Shown here piece by piece: positions 39,018 to 48,954 of a stretch of 64,000 nucleotides of DNA (positions are counted from its first letter, which is position 1; every line of letters starts with the position of its first letter). Both the position numbers and the translations under genes were made by a program. The notes under the pieces are model-generated. The model saw nothing but the letters and a program-made list of their open reading frames with translations. It was not told where the DNA came from and did not search any database. Source of the stretch: Myxococcota bacterium (GTDB lineage: Bacteria > Myxococcota_A > UBA9160 > UBA4427); NCBI GenBank assembly GCA_965250285.1, contig OZ252299.1, positions 2,592,001-2,656,000 of the forward strand, read 5' to 3'.

Positions 39018-39920
39018 TCAGCTCTGAGACGCGTACTGATCCTTCAGCACACGATTGTCGATGAGGCGCACTTCGTTGCCCTGCCCATCCGCATCGCCGC
39101 GGAAGACCACGGCGAGGGCGAGCAGCACGTCGCCTTCGAGCGCGGGCTTGGCCGCCTCGAGGGTGTCGGGGTGGCGCAGCTCGGCATAGTCGACGGTGCC
39201 CTGCGAAGCCTCGCCGAGGACGGCGTGCACGCGGCCGAGAATGGCGTCATGCGACCGCTCGCCGGCGGCGTAGGCCGCCTGGGCCGCGTCGAGGGCCCGC
39301 ACGATCACGGTGGCCTCGCGCCGGGCCACCGGGCCCAGGTGCACGTTGCGACTCGACATCGCGAGCCCATCGGCCTCACGCAGCGTCGGCGCGCCAATGA
39401 TCTCGATGCCGAAGCCGAGGTCGCGCGTCATGCGCCGAATCACGGCCAGCTGCTGGTAGTCCTTCTGGCCGAACACGGCGACGTGGGGCCGGGCAGCCAG
39501 GAAGAGCTTGGTCACCACCGTCGTGACGCCCTTGAAGTGCCCCGGCCGGCTCGCCCCGCAGAGGGGATCGGCCAGCGCATCGACGTCGACCCACGTCTGC
39601 GCGCCTTCGGGATAGAGCTGATCCACCGTCGGGGCGAAGACGACGTCGACGCCGCGCTCGGCGCAGCGCGCGAGATCGGCATCGAAGGTCTGGGGGTACT
39701 GCTCGAAGTCGGACGGGTCGTTGAACTGCGTCGGGTTGACGAAGATCGAGACCCACACCTCGTCGGCGTGGCGCCTCGCTTCGTCGACCAGGGACATGTG
39801 CGCTTCGTGCAGCGCGCCCATGGTGGGCACGAGCGCGATGCGTCGTCCAGCGCAGCGCGCGGCGTCGGCGCGAGCCTGCAGCGCGTCGCTCTGTCGAATG
39901 ACAGTCGGCATCGTCGTCAT
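39018..39920 (-). CDS. panC: Pantoate-beta-alanine ligase
   Basis: [33 protein letters not shown] and RLIDN motifs. Confidence 0.97.
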   Translation of the reverse strand: MTTMPTVIRQSDALQARADAARCAGRRIALVPTMGALHEAHMSLVDEARRHADEVWVSIFVNPTQFNDPSDFEQYPQTFDADLARCAERGVDVVFAPTVDQLYPEGAQTWVDVDALADPLCGASRPGHFKGVTTVVTKLFLAARPHVAVFGQKDYQQLAVIRRMTRDLGFGIEIIGAPTLREADGLAMSSRNVHLGPVARREATVIVRALDAAQAAYAAGERSHDAILGRVHAVLGEASQGTVDYAELRHPDTLEAAKPALEGDVLLALAVVFRGDADGQGNEVRLIDNRVLKDQYASQS

Positions 39921-40000
39921 GGCGGGGTTCCTCGAAGGGCTCCTGGGATCGACCGAGCGCACGGGTGCGCCGGCCGCCTCACTCGGCGCGACCACTGGCC

Positions 40001-40828
40001 TCACTCGTACGAGTGCGCCTCGTCGGGGAACTTGCGGTTCTGCACCTCGTCGGCGAACGAGCGTGCCGCCTGGCTGGCGGCGGCGCCGAGCGCGCCATAC
40101 TGCTTGACGAAGCTCGGGGTCCAGTCGTTGAGGCCGAGCAGGTCGTGCATCACGAGCACCTGGCCGTCGCAGTCGACGCCCGCGCCGATGCCGATCGTCG
40201 GGATCGCGAGCCGCTGGCTCACCTCGCGGCCGAGGGCGGCCGGAATGCCCTCGAGCACACAGGCGAAGGCGCCCGCCTCCTGCACGGCGAGCGCATCGTC
40301 GATGACCTGCATGCGGCCCTCGTCGCCTCGGCCCTGCACCCGGAAGCCACCCATCTTGTGCACGGACTGCGGCGTGAGACCGACGTGCCCCATGACCGGC
40401 ACCTGCGCTTCGACGATGCGCTTGATCGTCGGCGCCATCGTCACCCCACCCTCGAGCTTCACCGCGTGGGCGCCGCCCTCCTTCACGAGGCGGATCGCGC
40501 TGCGCACCGCGTCTTCGGGGCTCACGTGGTAGCTGCCGAAGGGCATGTCCCCGATCACCAGCGACCGCGACACGCCGCGCATCACCATGCGCGTGTGGTA
40601 GATGACCTCGTCGAGCGTCACCGGCAGCGTGGTCTCTTCGCCCTGCACGACGTTGCCGAGCGAGTCCCCCACGAGCAGCAGGTCGATGCCGGCCTGATCG
40701 AAGATGCGGGCGAAGGTGAAGTCGTAGGCGGTCAGCATCGTGATCGGCTGACCCTTGCGCTTGCGGTTCGCGAGCGACCGGACGGTCACTCGGTGTTCAC
40801 GTGCTGAGCTGGCGGTGACGGTGGACAT
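40001..40828 (-). CDS. panB: 3-methyl-2-oxobutanoate hydroxymethyltransferase
   Basis: LTAYD, LVGDSLG, KLEGG and GHVGLTPQ motifs; GGAG RBS before ATG 40828. Confidence 0.97.
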   Translation of the reverse strand: MSTVTASSAREHRVTVRSLANRKRKGQPITMLTAYDFTFARIFDQAGIDLLLVGDSLGNVVQGEETTLPVTLDEVIYHTRMVMRGVSRSLVIGDMPFGSYHVSPEDAVRSAIRLVKEGGAHAVKLEGGVTMAPTIKRIVEAQVPVMGHVGLTPQSVHKMGGFRVQGRGDEGRMQVIDDALAVQEAGAFACVLEGIPAALGREVSQRLAIPTIGIGAGVDCDGQVLVMHDLLGLNDWTPSFVKQYGALGAAASQAARSFADEVQNRKFPDEAHSYE

Positions 40829-40934
40829 GGGGGTGTCTCCGTTCCTGCGTGCAGCCGATGCGCGTCCTGCTCCCGATCCCTCTTTCGATCGCGACTCGGC
40901 CCGAGGCCGGGGTGTTCGTCGCAGAATCGAGCCG

Positions 40935-40973
40935 AAAAACGAAAAAGCGCCGTCCGGATTCATCCGGAGGCGC
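40935..40973 (-). terminator. Intrinsic terminator (attenuator) in the panB leader
   Basis: GCGCCTCCGGA-TGAA-TCCGGACGGCGC then TTTTTCGTTTTT, about 107 nt before the panB ATG. Confidence 0.8.
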
Positions 40974-40982
40974 TCGAAGGGG

Positions 40983-41197
40983 AGAGACCGTCGTGGCGCG
41001 GTGTCGGATCCCCCTTCGCTGACAGCTCGACCGAAGCTTCCTGCCTCGGCGACCTTCCCGACCGGACGGGCCCGGGGGCGCGTTCGGCTGCGGACATTGG
41101 ACGCCCGCGGCGGTTCGGTCCGATTCTGTCGAAGGGGGGCTCCGTGCGGTCGCCGAAGCCGGGTCTCCTCCTTGACCACCCCCGTCACGGTCTCTGC
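40983..41197 (-). ncRNA. Structured cis-regulatory RNA candidate (possibly pan-motif related)
   Basis: Nested helices 41187-41195/40983-40991, 41130-41144/41005-41018 and 41114-41123/41027-41035, plus a crossing 9-bp pairing. Confidence 0.6.
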
Positions 41198-41348
41198 GTG
41201 AGCCCTGCCCCCGACTCGTCGGGTCGCAGCGCTCGAGATCCATGCGTTGTCCGGGTGACTCTGGAGGACTCTCTCGTCTTCCGGGCGGGATGCGCCCGGC
41301 GGGTTGTCGATGGAGCCTGCACCCTGCAGTGCCCCTCAAGTGAGCGAG

Positions 41349-41376
41349 ATTGTAGAATCAACGTCCCGCCCGTCAA
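41349..41376 (-). promoter_or_regulatory. Sigma70 promoter for the pan leader
   Basis: TTGACG-16 nt-TACAAT. Confidence 0.65.
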
Positions 41377-41439
41377 CAGAAGTTCACATTTGGACTGGAC
41401 AGGTGACGTTGCCCCTCGGGGCTCCAGCCTCGGCGTGGC

Positions 41440-41721
41440 TCAGGAGGACGCCGCAGCATCGAGGACGCCGCGCACCGCGGGCGGCAGGAATCGCTCTTCC
41501 AGCGCGTCGCCGGCGTGGGCCACGAGCGCCGAGCCGAGGGACGCGATCTGGACATCGACGGGGTCGGCGGACGACAGCACGAGCCAGATCCGCCCCTTCA
41601 CGCGGCACACCCCGCTGGCGAGCGGCGGCTCGCCCTCGACTCCGGCCCGCACCGGGCGTACCTCGAGCCCCACCTCGTCGGCGAGATCGAGCAGCGCCTG
41701 CATCAGGTCGGCGGCCTGCAT
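41440..41721 (-). CDS. Hypothetical protein
   Basis: Strong GAGGGAGG RBS; SGVCRVKGR...FLPPAVR; fills the gap downstream of rsmA. Confidence 0.7.
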   Translation of the reverse strand: MQAADLMQALLDLADEVGLEVRPVRAGVEGEPPLASGVCRVKGRIWLVLSSADPVDVQIASLGSALVAHAGDALEERFLPPAVRGVLDAAASS

Positions 41722-41748
41722 GGCGATCTCCCTCCCTCGACCGCGAGG

Positions 41749-42621
41749 CTAGGCGACCCAACCGCGCGCCGCGAAGGCGTCGGCGAGCGCGACGAAGCGC
41801 GCCGGCTCGACCGTCTCGGCCCGCACGCCGGGGTCGATGTCGGCCGCGCGCAGGGCGTGCTCGATCTGCTCGCGCGCATCACCGAGCCCGGGATCGAGCG
41901 CGAAGCCCGAGCCACGCAGCGCGTTCGCGATCGTCTTGCGACGCTGCGAGAACGCCGCGCGGGTCACGCGCTCGACCCGCGCCAGCGCGTCGACCTCGAC
42001 GAGAGGCGTGGTCCGGGGCCAGACGCGCAGGAACGCCGACTCGACCTTCGGCGGCGGAAAGAACGCGCCGGGCGGCAGCACCGCGCAGACCTCGACGTCG
42101 ACGCAGAGCGCGTGCAGCACCGACAGCGAACCGTACGCCTTCGAGCCCGGCGAAGCGGCGATGCGATCGGCGACCTCGCGCTGGATCATCACCGACCAGT
42201 CGGCGAGCACCCCGCGCAGGTCGAGCATGCGCCGGAGGAGCGGCGTCGCGACCGAGTACGGCAGGTTGGCCACGAGCCGGACGGGGGCCGGCAGCTCGGC
42301 GGCAAGCGCAGCGAAGTCGACGTCGAGCGCGTCGGCGTGGCGCAGCTCGATGGGGCCGGGCAGCAGTTGCTCCGACTCGAGCGCGCGCACGACGCCGGCG
42401 TCGATCTCGATCGTCACGACGCGCGCCGCGCGGGCGGCGAGCGCGCGCGTCAGTACGCCGAGACCGGTGCCCACCTCGATGACGCCGTCGCCCTCGCCGA
42501 CGCCGGCGAGCTGCGCGAGGCGCTCGGCCTGACGGTCTTCGACGAGGAAGTTCTGGCCGAGCTCGCGGCTGAGCCGCAGCCCGTGCCGCTCGAGGACGCC
42601 GCGGACGTCGCGCAGGCCCAA
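41749..42621 (-). CDS. rsmA: 16S rRNA adenine dimethyltransferase
   Basis: LGQNFL, EVGTGLG, ANLPY, QREVA and QRRKT motifs; start uncertain (TTG 42621). Confidence 0.93.
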   Translation of the reverse strand: MGLRDVRGVLERHGLRLSRELGQNFLVEDRQAERLAQLAGVGEGDGVIEVGTGLGVLTRALAARAARVVTIEIDAGVVRALESEQLLPGPIELRHADALDVDFAALAAELPAPVRLVANLPYSVATPLLRRMLDLRGVLADWSVMIQREVADRIAASPGSKAYGSLSVLHALCVDVEVCAVLPPGAFFPPPKVESAFLRVWPRTTPLVEVDALARVERVTRAAFSQRRKTIANALRGSGFALDPGLGDAREQIEHALRAADIDPGVRAETVEPARFVALADAFAARGWVA

Positions 42622-42628
42622 CGCCGAC

Positions 42629-43711
42629 TCAGCCCGGGTGCCGTTCGGCGAGCCCGCGCTGCCAGGGCGCCTCGCCAACGGGGACGCGCGAGAAAGCGTT
42701 CAGGTCGAGCGCATGCGACTCGCCGCGGGCCAGGAGCCGCGCCCCGGCGGCGGCGATCATGACCGCGTTGTCGGTGCACAGATCCATCGGCGGGAAGATC
42801 GCGCGAAATCCCGCCCGCTCGCCCGCCGAGGCCATGCGCGCCCTCAGCCACCGGTTGGCCGCGACGCCGCCGACGACTGCGACGTCTTTCAGCTGTTCGG
42901 CCTTCATCGCGCGCCGCGTTCGCAACACGAGCGAATCGATCGCGGCCTCTTCGAACGAGGCCGCGACGTCGGCGATGTCGGCCGGCGTGAGCGCCCCCTG
43001 CCCCCCGCGCGCCTCGACCTCGAGCGCGACCGCCGTCTTGAGCCCGCTGTACGAGAAGTCGAAGCCCGCCTTCTTGAGCATCGGGCGCGGAAAGTCGATT
43101 GCGCCTCGATCGCCTGCCTCGGCGGCGGCGGCCACGGCCGGGCCGCCGGGGAACCCCAACCCCAGCAGCTTCGCGACCTTGTCGAAGGCTTCGCCGACCG
43201 CGTCGTCGCGCGTCTCACCGAGCAGCGCCGGCGCGGCGTCGGCCGTCACGCGATAGAGCGCCGTGTGGCCGCCCGAGACGACGAGCCCGACGTAGGGCGG
43301 CGCGAGATCGGGAGAGGCCAGCTCGGCCGCGACGAGGTGGCCCTCGAGGTGATGGACGCCGACGAGCGGCAGCCCGGCGCGGTAGGCCAGCGCCTTGCCG
43401 AACGACAGCCCGACCAGCAGCGAGCCGATCAGGCCCGGTCCGGCGGTGACGGCGATGCCCGAGAGGTCGCCGAGCCCGACCCCGGCTTCGGCGAGGGCGG
43501 CCTCGGCCACGGCGTGCACCGCCCGCACGTGATCGCGCGAGGCCAGCTCGGGCACCACCCCCCCATAGGGTTCGTGGACCTCGACCTGACCATGGACGAC
43601 GCTGGATCGGATCTCGCGGCCGCGCTCGACGACCGCCGCGGCCATCTCGTCGCACGAGCTCTCGATCCCGAGCACGAGATCGGGCAGCGCGGGCACCGGA
43701 GAGGGGCTCAT
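42629..43711 (-). CDS. tsaD: tRNA threonylcarbamoyltransferase
   Basis: GIESSCDE, GGVVPELASRDH, HHLEGH, SGGHT, FSYSGLKT and CTDNA motifs. Confidence 0.97.
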   Translation of the reverse strand: MSPSPVPALPDLVLGIESSCDEMAAAVVERGREIRSSVVHGQVEVHEPYGGVVPELASRDHVRAVHAVAEAALAEAGVGLGDLSGIAVTAGPGLIGSLLVGLSFGKALAYRAGLPLVGVHHLEGHLVAAELASPDLAPPYVGLVVSGGHTALYRVTADAAPALLGETRDDAVGEAFDKVAKLLGLGFPGGPAVAAAAEAGDRGAIDFPRPMLKKAGFDFSYSGLKTAVALEVEARGGQGALTPADIADVAASFEEAAIDSLVLRTRRAMKAEQLKDVAVVGGVAANRWLRARMASAGERAGFRAIFPPMDLCTDNAVMIAAAGARLLARGESHALDLNAFSRVPVGEAPWQRGLAERHPG

Positions 43712-43740
43712 CGGACTTCCCCGTGGAGCAGACCGGGCGA

Positions 43741-44103
43741 CTACGCGCCCCGCCGCTCGAGCTGCTCCTGCTCGGACTTGCAGTCGATGCAGAGCTCAGC
43801 GACCGGGCGGGCCTGCAGACGCTTGGTGCCGATCTGCTCACCGCACGACTCGCACTCGCCGTAGATGCCTTCCTCGATCTTCTCGAGGGCGCCTTCGATC
43901 TTGTTCAGCAGCCCGCGCTCGCGCTCGCGCAGACGCCCTTGAAAGGCGAGGTTCATCTCGGAAGAGGCGGTGTCGATCTCGTCGGGGAAGTCGTCGGGAT
44001 CGAGATGGATGTCGCCCGATCGGGTCTTTTCCGCGTTGCCGAGCAGCTCTTCGCGCTGGGCCTCGAGGATCTTCCTGAACTTCTCCATGTCCCGCTTCTT
44101 CAA
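43741..44103 (-). CDS. dksA: DksA/TraR C4 zinc-finger protein
   Basis: DEIDTA coiled-coil tip; CESC and CIDC zinc ligands. Confidence 0.9.
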   Translation of the reverse strand: MKKRDMEKFRKILEAQREELLGNAEKTRSGDIHLDPDDFPDEIDTASSEMNLAFQGRLRERERGLLNKIEGALEKIEEGIYGECESCGEQIGTKRLQARPVAELCIDCKSEQEQLERRGA

Positions 44104-44232
44104 CGCTCTTCCCTCGTCTCTTTCTGCGCCGGCGCGCAGCCGGCGGCACACTGATTCTGCTCAGCCGACCCGTCGATCGGCGTGAGCCGAGCGCGCTTGG
44201 ATTCTCCCGCGCGCTCGACGTTTCACCGGGCG

Positions 44233-45081
44233 TCAGCCCGTGCCAATCGCCTCGAGCTGCTGCCGCGCCTCCTTCGCGCGATCGCTGTCGGGGTAGTCGT
44301 TCAAGACCTGCTGAAAGACCGTCTTCGCCGCATCGTAGAAGCCGGGCCCGAGCTTGAGCAGGCTCTCACCCTGCCGGTACAGCGCGTCGGGCGCCTTGTT
44401 GCCGTTCGGGTACACGCGGACGACGTCGTTGAATCGCAGCACCGCCTGGCGGTACTCGCCCTTCTTGAAGTGACAGTCGGCCATCCAATAAGCGCCGTCG
44501 TCGGCATACGGCGACGACGGATAGTTCTGCAGGAACTTGCGAAAGCGATCGATGCAGAGATCGTTGTCGTTCTCGCGCCAGGCGTTGAGCGCCTCGCGAT
44601 AGGCGACCACCTCGGCCGAGGCCGCGGGATCGTCGCCCTCCGGCGGGGCCGCGCCCGCATCGAGGGTCGCCTCGCCGGTGGTCGCAGCGGCTGCGCCCGC
44701 CGCCGCCGCACCGGCCGCGCCGGCGCTCGCGGCGCCGCTTCGGGCCAACCGCGCGTCGGCCGCAGCATCGGCTGCCGTCTTCTCGGCGACCTCCACCTGA
44801 CCGCGAAGCGCATCGATCTCGCGGCGCAGCTTGTCGATCTCGGCCGACATCTCGGCGATGCGTTTCGAAGAGTTCGGGGTCTGGGTGCTGCGACGCTCGG
44901 CGTTCGCGACGCGCTCTTCGAGCGCGAGCAGGTCACCCTTGGTGGCGCAGCCCATGGCCGTGCCGAGCAGCGCGGCGCCGAGCCCCAGAGCGGCGAGGAC
45001 AGGCCCCGGCCGCCCCGCGCGACGCGGCGCGGGCTTCGATCGGGGCACTCCGATCGGGCGCACTCCCTCGCGCTTCAGCAT
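44233..45081 (-). CDS. cpoB: CpoB/YbgF Tol-Pal coordinator lipoprotein
   Basis: AMGC lipobox, coiled coil, TPRs (YPSSPYADDGAYW, KAPDALY); follows tolB. Confidence 0.85.
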   Translation of the reverse strand: MLKREGVRPIGVPRSKPAPRRAGRPGPVLAALGLGAALLGTAMGCATKGDLLALEERVANAERRSTQTPNSSKRIAEMSAEIDKLRREIDALRGQVEVAEKTAADAAADARLARSGAASAGAAGAAAAGAAAATTGEATLDAGAAPPEGDDPAASAEVVAYREALNAWRENDNDLCIDRFRKFLQNYPSSPYADDGAYWMADCHFKKGEYRQAVLRFNDVVRVYPNGNKAPDALYRQGESLLKLGPGFYDAAKTVFQQVLNDYPDSDRAKEARQQLEAIGTG

Positions 45082-45228
45082 CGATCCGTCCCCCCTGGCA
45101 ACGCCGGCCACCGAATCATGGCCGGGCATTCTAGCCCCGATTCCACGGCCGTCGCGCGAAAGAAGCGCCGGGCGGCGGGCTCCGGCGTCGCGGGCGCCCT
45201 CTCCGTCGGCTCGAAGCGGCACAGCTGC

Positions 45229-46722
45229 TCAGCGCGGGAAGGGTCCCCACGCGGGCTGCAGATTGTCGCCCTGCTGCTGCGTCAAGCGGCGCAGATTCTC
45301 TCCGTCGATGTCGACCGCATAGATGTCGGACCGCCCGCGCCTGTTCGACGCAAACGAGATCTTGCGCGAATCGGGCGACCAGCTGGCCGACTCGTCGCTG
45401 CGTGGGTGCGTGACGAGGGGAACGTTGACGTCGCCTTCGGGATCGATCAGCCAGATGTCGAAGCGACCGCCTTCGACGCGGGTCTCGTAGGCGATCCAGC
45501 GCCCGTCGGGCGACCAGGCGGGGTGCGTGTTGTAGCTGCCGTTGTACGTCAGCCGGCGCACGTTGTTGCCCTCTTCGTCCATGATGTAGATCTGAGGCGC
45601 CCCGCCGCGATCGGATACGAACGCGAGCTGGGTACCGTCCGGCGACCACGTGGGCGAGATCTCGATGGCGCGGCTGCGGGTGAGCCGGCGCAGACGCTTG
45701 CCGGATCGGTCGACCGAGAAGATCTCCGACGCGCCGTCGAGGCTCGATACGAAGGCGATGCGACGCCCATCGGGGGCGAAGACGCCTCGGTACTTCGCGA
45801 ACCCGGGCAACACCTTCGTGAGGATCGGGCCGGGGCGCGAGCTGCCGCGGCTCGTGATGTAGAGGCGCGGCACCTCGAGGTCGCGGTACCCCGTATACAC
45901 GATGGCGCCGCCATCGGGCATCCAATCGGGGAAGGCCTTGATGCTGTCGCCGCTCGTCGCGCGGCGCTGCCGGCTGCCGTCGGCATCCATCACGAAGACC
46001 GCGCGCTGGCCGGTGCGATCCGAGATGAAGGCGATCTCGGTTGCCGAGACGCCCGGCATCCCGGTGAAGGCCTCGACCACCGTGTCGGCGAGCAACCGCC
46101 CGGTGCGACCGAGCAGACTGGCCGGCTCCTGAAACTCACCGCGGTCGATGCGCACACAGCGCGCCGTATCCCAGACTTGATACTCGATCACCACGCGCTG
46201 GCCCTCGCGACCGAGCCGCCCCTCGACCAGGGCGTCGGCGCCGCTCGTCACCCAGTCGGCACAATCGGTGCGCGTTGCGCCCGCGAGCTCGAGCGTCGTC
46301 GACTCGCCGAGGAACGCATCGTCATCGAGCGGCGTGAGGATCCCCGAGAAGTCGAGCCCGGCGTGGATCGCAGCCCGCAGCTCGTCGACGCGCTCGGGCT
46401 GTGGCACCTCGTTCTCATCGCTGAAGCGCTGCACCGCGACGTTGAACGTCCTGGCCTCGCCCGGCGTGATCAGGATCGCGGGGCCTTCGTCGAGCGCGGG
46501 CGCGGCCCCTTCTTGCGCGGGCGCAGCCCCGTCCTGCATGGGCGCGGGCGTGGGCGTGGGCGCGGGCGTGGGCGCAGGTGTGGTCGCGGGCGCATCCTGA
46601 GCGGGCGCGGGCTCGAACGGCAGCAGCAGCCCGACGCAGGCGACGAGCGCGCCGAGCGCCGCCATCCGAACCCGACCGAATCGCCCGGCCTCCCTCGCCT
46701 GCATCGACCGCATGGTCATCAC
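45229..46722 (-). CDS. tolB: TolB beta-propeller protein
   Basis: PD40-type repeats (PTWSPDG, PAWSPDG), IAFISDRTG. Confidence 0.92.
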   Translation of the reverse strand: MMTMRSMQAREAGRFGRVRMAALGALVACVGLLLPFEPAPAQDAPATTPAPTPAPTPTPAPMQDGAAPAQEGAAPALDEGPAILITPGEARTFNVAVQRFSDENEVPQPERVDELRAAIHAGLDFSGILTPLDDDAFLGESTTLELAGATRTDCADWVTSGADALVEGRLGREGQRVVIEYQVWDTARCVRIDRGEFQEPASLLGRTGRLLADTVVEAFTGMPGVSATEIAFISDRTGQRAVFVMDADGSRQRRATSGDSIKAFPDWMPDGGAIVYTGYRDLEVPRLYITSRGSSRPGPILTKVLPGFAKYRGVFAPDGRRIAFVSSLDGASEIFSVDRSGKRLRRLTRSRAIEISPTWSPDGTQLAFVSDRGGAPQIYIMDEEGNNVRRLTYNGSYNTHPAWSPDGRWIAYETRVEGGRFDIWLIDPEGDVNVPLVTHPRSDESASWSPDSRKISFASNRRGRSDIYAVDIDGENLRRLTQQQGDNLQPAWGPFPR

Positions 46723-47489
46723 GAACTCGCCTCCGGTACGAAGATGAACGTTTGGGCGCCGGCTGCGGGGGGCACCGGCAGCGGGCTCGCCTTCTTCAGG
46801 GCGCGCACCGCGTTGTCGTCGGCATAGGGGTCGCCCGACGAGCGAATCACCTCGGGCTCACCGACGACCGTGCCGTCGGCGCGCAGCTGCACGCGCAGCT
46901 CGGTCCGCAGCCCGCGACCGACGAACTCGGGCGGGTTGACCCAGACCGACTGCACGTGCCGCGTCGTGGCCAGGATCCACTGCCGAAGCTCGGGCGAGAT
47001 CGTGGCGGTGCCGGCGACGTCGCTCGGCAGCGCCTCGGTCGCCGACGAGGTCTCGGCGGGCACCGGGGTGTCGACCGGCGGCGCGTTCTCGCCGAGCTCG
47101 GCCCGCAGCGCGGCCATGGCGTCTCCCAGCTCCATCTCCTTGGGGCGCGGTCGGCGCCGGATCGGTTCCGCGGGCTTCGGGGCCGCGGGCTTCGCCAGCG
47201 CGTCCGGGGCCCGTTTGGGCAGCACCTTGGCCTGCGGCGGCGGCGGGGGGGCCGGGGCCGGGGCGGGCTTCTCGACCGGCTTCGCCGCGGGCGCAGCGGC
47301 CGGCGGCGCGGCGACCAGGTCGACGGTGATCGCCTGGGGCAGCGCGATGGGCGGAGGCGACGGGCGCAGCATCAGCAACACGACCACGACCCCATGCCCG
47401 AGCACCGAGAACGCGAGCGCGCGCCGCAGCCGACGTCGTGCATCGGTCTCGAGGTCGAGCTCGAGCTGCGTGTTCCAGGTCGCTTCCAC
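46719..47489 (-). CDS. TolA/TonB-like energy transducer
   Basis: SVLGH TM motif, Pro-rich linker, SSGDPYADDNAVRA C-domain; between tolR and tolB. Confidence 0.85.
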   Translation of the reverse strand: MEATWNTQLELDLETDARRRLRRALAFSVLGHGVVVVLLMLRPSPPPIALPQAITVDLVAAPPAAAPAAKPVEKPAPAPAPPPPPQAKVLPKRAPDALAKPAAPKPAEPIRRRPRPKEMELGDAMAALRAELGENAPPVDTPVPAETSSATEALPSDVAGTATISPELRQWILATTRHVQSVWVNPPEFVGRGLRTELRVQLRADGTVVGEPEVIRSSGDPYADDNAVRALKKASPLPVPPAAGAQTFIFVPEASS

Positions 47490-47588
47490 TTTCGGTTCGG
47501 ACGCCCCATTCGAGGGTTCGGTTGCCGCCGCGCGCGGCGACGGGGGTTCGGCGCTCGGCGCGGCGCGGGGCGGCGCCGATCCGCCCGC

Positions 47589-48011
47589 TCAGCCCTGCTC
47601 CGCCTCGGTCACGATGCCGAGCTGGGTCGAGCCCGCTCGGCGCGCGGCCGCCATGGCCTTCACGACGAGGCCGTAGGGCGCATCGCGATCGGCGCGCAGG
47701 AAGATCTCCTTCGAGCCCCGCGCGTCGAACACTGCCTCGAGGCGCTTCTGGAGCTCATCGGCGGGCACCTCCTTGCGCCCGAGAAAGTACGTGCCCTCGG
47801 CATCGACCGAGAGAATCAGCGGCGCGTCCTTCACGCGCAGTGGCTGCGTGGTCGTCTCGGGCAGGTTGACGTCCATGCCCTGCTGCATCAGGGGCGCCGT
47901 CGCCATGAAGATGACGAGCAGCACGAGCATCACGTCGACGAGCGGCGTGACGTTGATCTCGGCGTTGGCCCGGCGCCGCTGTCCGGACGCGCTCCCGAGC
48001 GAGGCGGCCAC
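47589..48011 (-). CDS. tolR: TolR/ExbD
   Basis: EINVTPLVDVMLVLL and LRADRDAPYG motifs; GTG start 48011. Confidence 0.9.
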   Translation of the reverse strand: MAASLGSASGQRRRANAEINVTPLVDVMLVLLVIFMATAPLMQQGMDVNLPETTTQPLRVKDAPLILSVDAEGTYFLGRKEVPADELQKRLEAVFDARGSKEIFLRADRDAPYGLVVKAMAAARRAGSTQLGIVTEAEQG

Positions 48012-48013
48012 GG

Positions 48014-48691
48014 CTACCCGCCCTCGCCGAGGTGCGCGAGGTCGGTCTCGAGCTCGGCCGAGAACAGCTCGACCTGATTCGAGATCGAGTCGATGCGGCC
48101 GACGAACGAGTTGTACGCGACGGTCGCCGGGATCGCGGCCGCCAGACCCACGCCGGTCGCGATCAGGGCCTCGGCCATGCCGGGCCCCACGACGGCGAGG
48201 CTCGCGTTGCCCGAAGCGCCGATCGATTGGAACGTCGCGATGATGCCGACCACGGTGCCGAACAGGCCGATGAACGGAGACGCGCTGCCCACCGTCGCCA
48301 GAAACGGCAGGTAGCGATCGAGGCGTGCGCGTTCGCGCACAGACGTCCAGCGAATCACCTTGCCCAGCAACCGACGTTGCTGCGGATCGAGGCGCGAGAG
48401 CGAAGACGCGCCCGCCTGCTTCGCGAGCCGCTGGAGATCCGCCGCGCACGAGAGAAAGACCACGGCGAACGGGCTGCGCTCGAGGTGCCTGGCGGCATCG
48501 AACGACGCGTCGAACCCCTTGCGCTGATAGACCTCGAGAAACGCCTCGCTATCCTGGTCTGCGCCCTTCAGCTCCAACCACTTGACGGCGATGAGTCCCC
48601 AGCTGACGACCGAGAACACCGCCAGGAGCAGAAGCACGAGCTTCACGATCAGCCCGGCTTGCAGAATCAGGTCGATGACGTCGAAGCTCAT
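48014..48691 (-). CDS. tolQ: TolQ/ExbB
   Basis: LATVGSASPFIGLFGTV and AEALIATGVGLAAAIPA motifs. Confidence 0.92.
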   Translation of the reverse strand: MSFDVIDLILQAGLIVKLVLLLLAVFSVVSWGLIAVKWLELKGADQDSEAFLEVYQRKGFDASFDAARHLERSPFAVVFLSCAADLQRLAKQAGASSLSRLDPQQRRLLGKVIRWTSVRERARLDRYLPFLATVGSASPFIGLFGTVVGIIATFQSIGASGNASLAVVGPGMAEALIATGVGLAAAIPATVAYNSFVGRIDSISNQVELFSAELETDLAHLGEGG

Positions 48692-48954
48692 GTCGTCCCC
48701 CCAGCGACGTCGCATCGGCGTGATGTGTCGCCCTCTAGTCGGGCGACACGGCGCGCCGGAGAGTAGAGAACGCCCCACAGGCGTTCAACTGAATCGAGGT
48801 CTGGACGGCCCCCGCGCGCGCCTTTCGGGCACGCCCGCGCACACCGCGAGCGGCGCTGCGTGAGGCACGTCACATCACGCCGGGCCACCCATCATCGCGT
48901 CGAGGCCGCGAGCCACCTCGGCGCCCACGAACGGAAGTGAGGAACGACACCACC

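Noticed and set aside
40829..41188. 120-aa N-terminal extension of PanB in the ORF track
   Set aside because: Arg/Pro-rich, crosses a terminator, and a good RBS precedes ATG 40828.
40983..41197. 6S RNA or known riboswitch (cobalamin, FMN, TPP, SAM) identity
   Set aside because: No conserved boxes of those families recognised, and the internal loop is one-sided rather than a 6S-like bubble; not excluded without cmscan.
46540..46600. GGGCGC/GGGCGT hexamer tandem
   Set aside because: Encodes an ordinary Pro-Thr/Pro-Ala linker at the TolB N-terminus.
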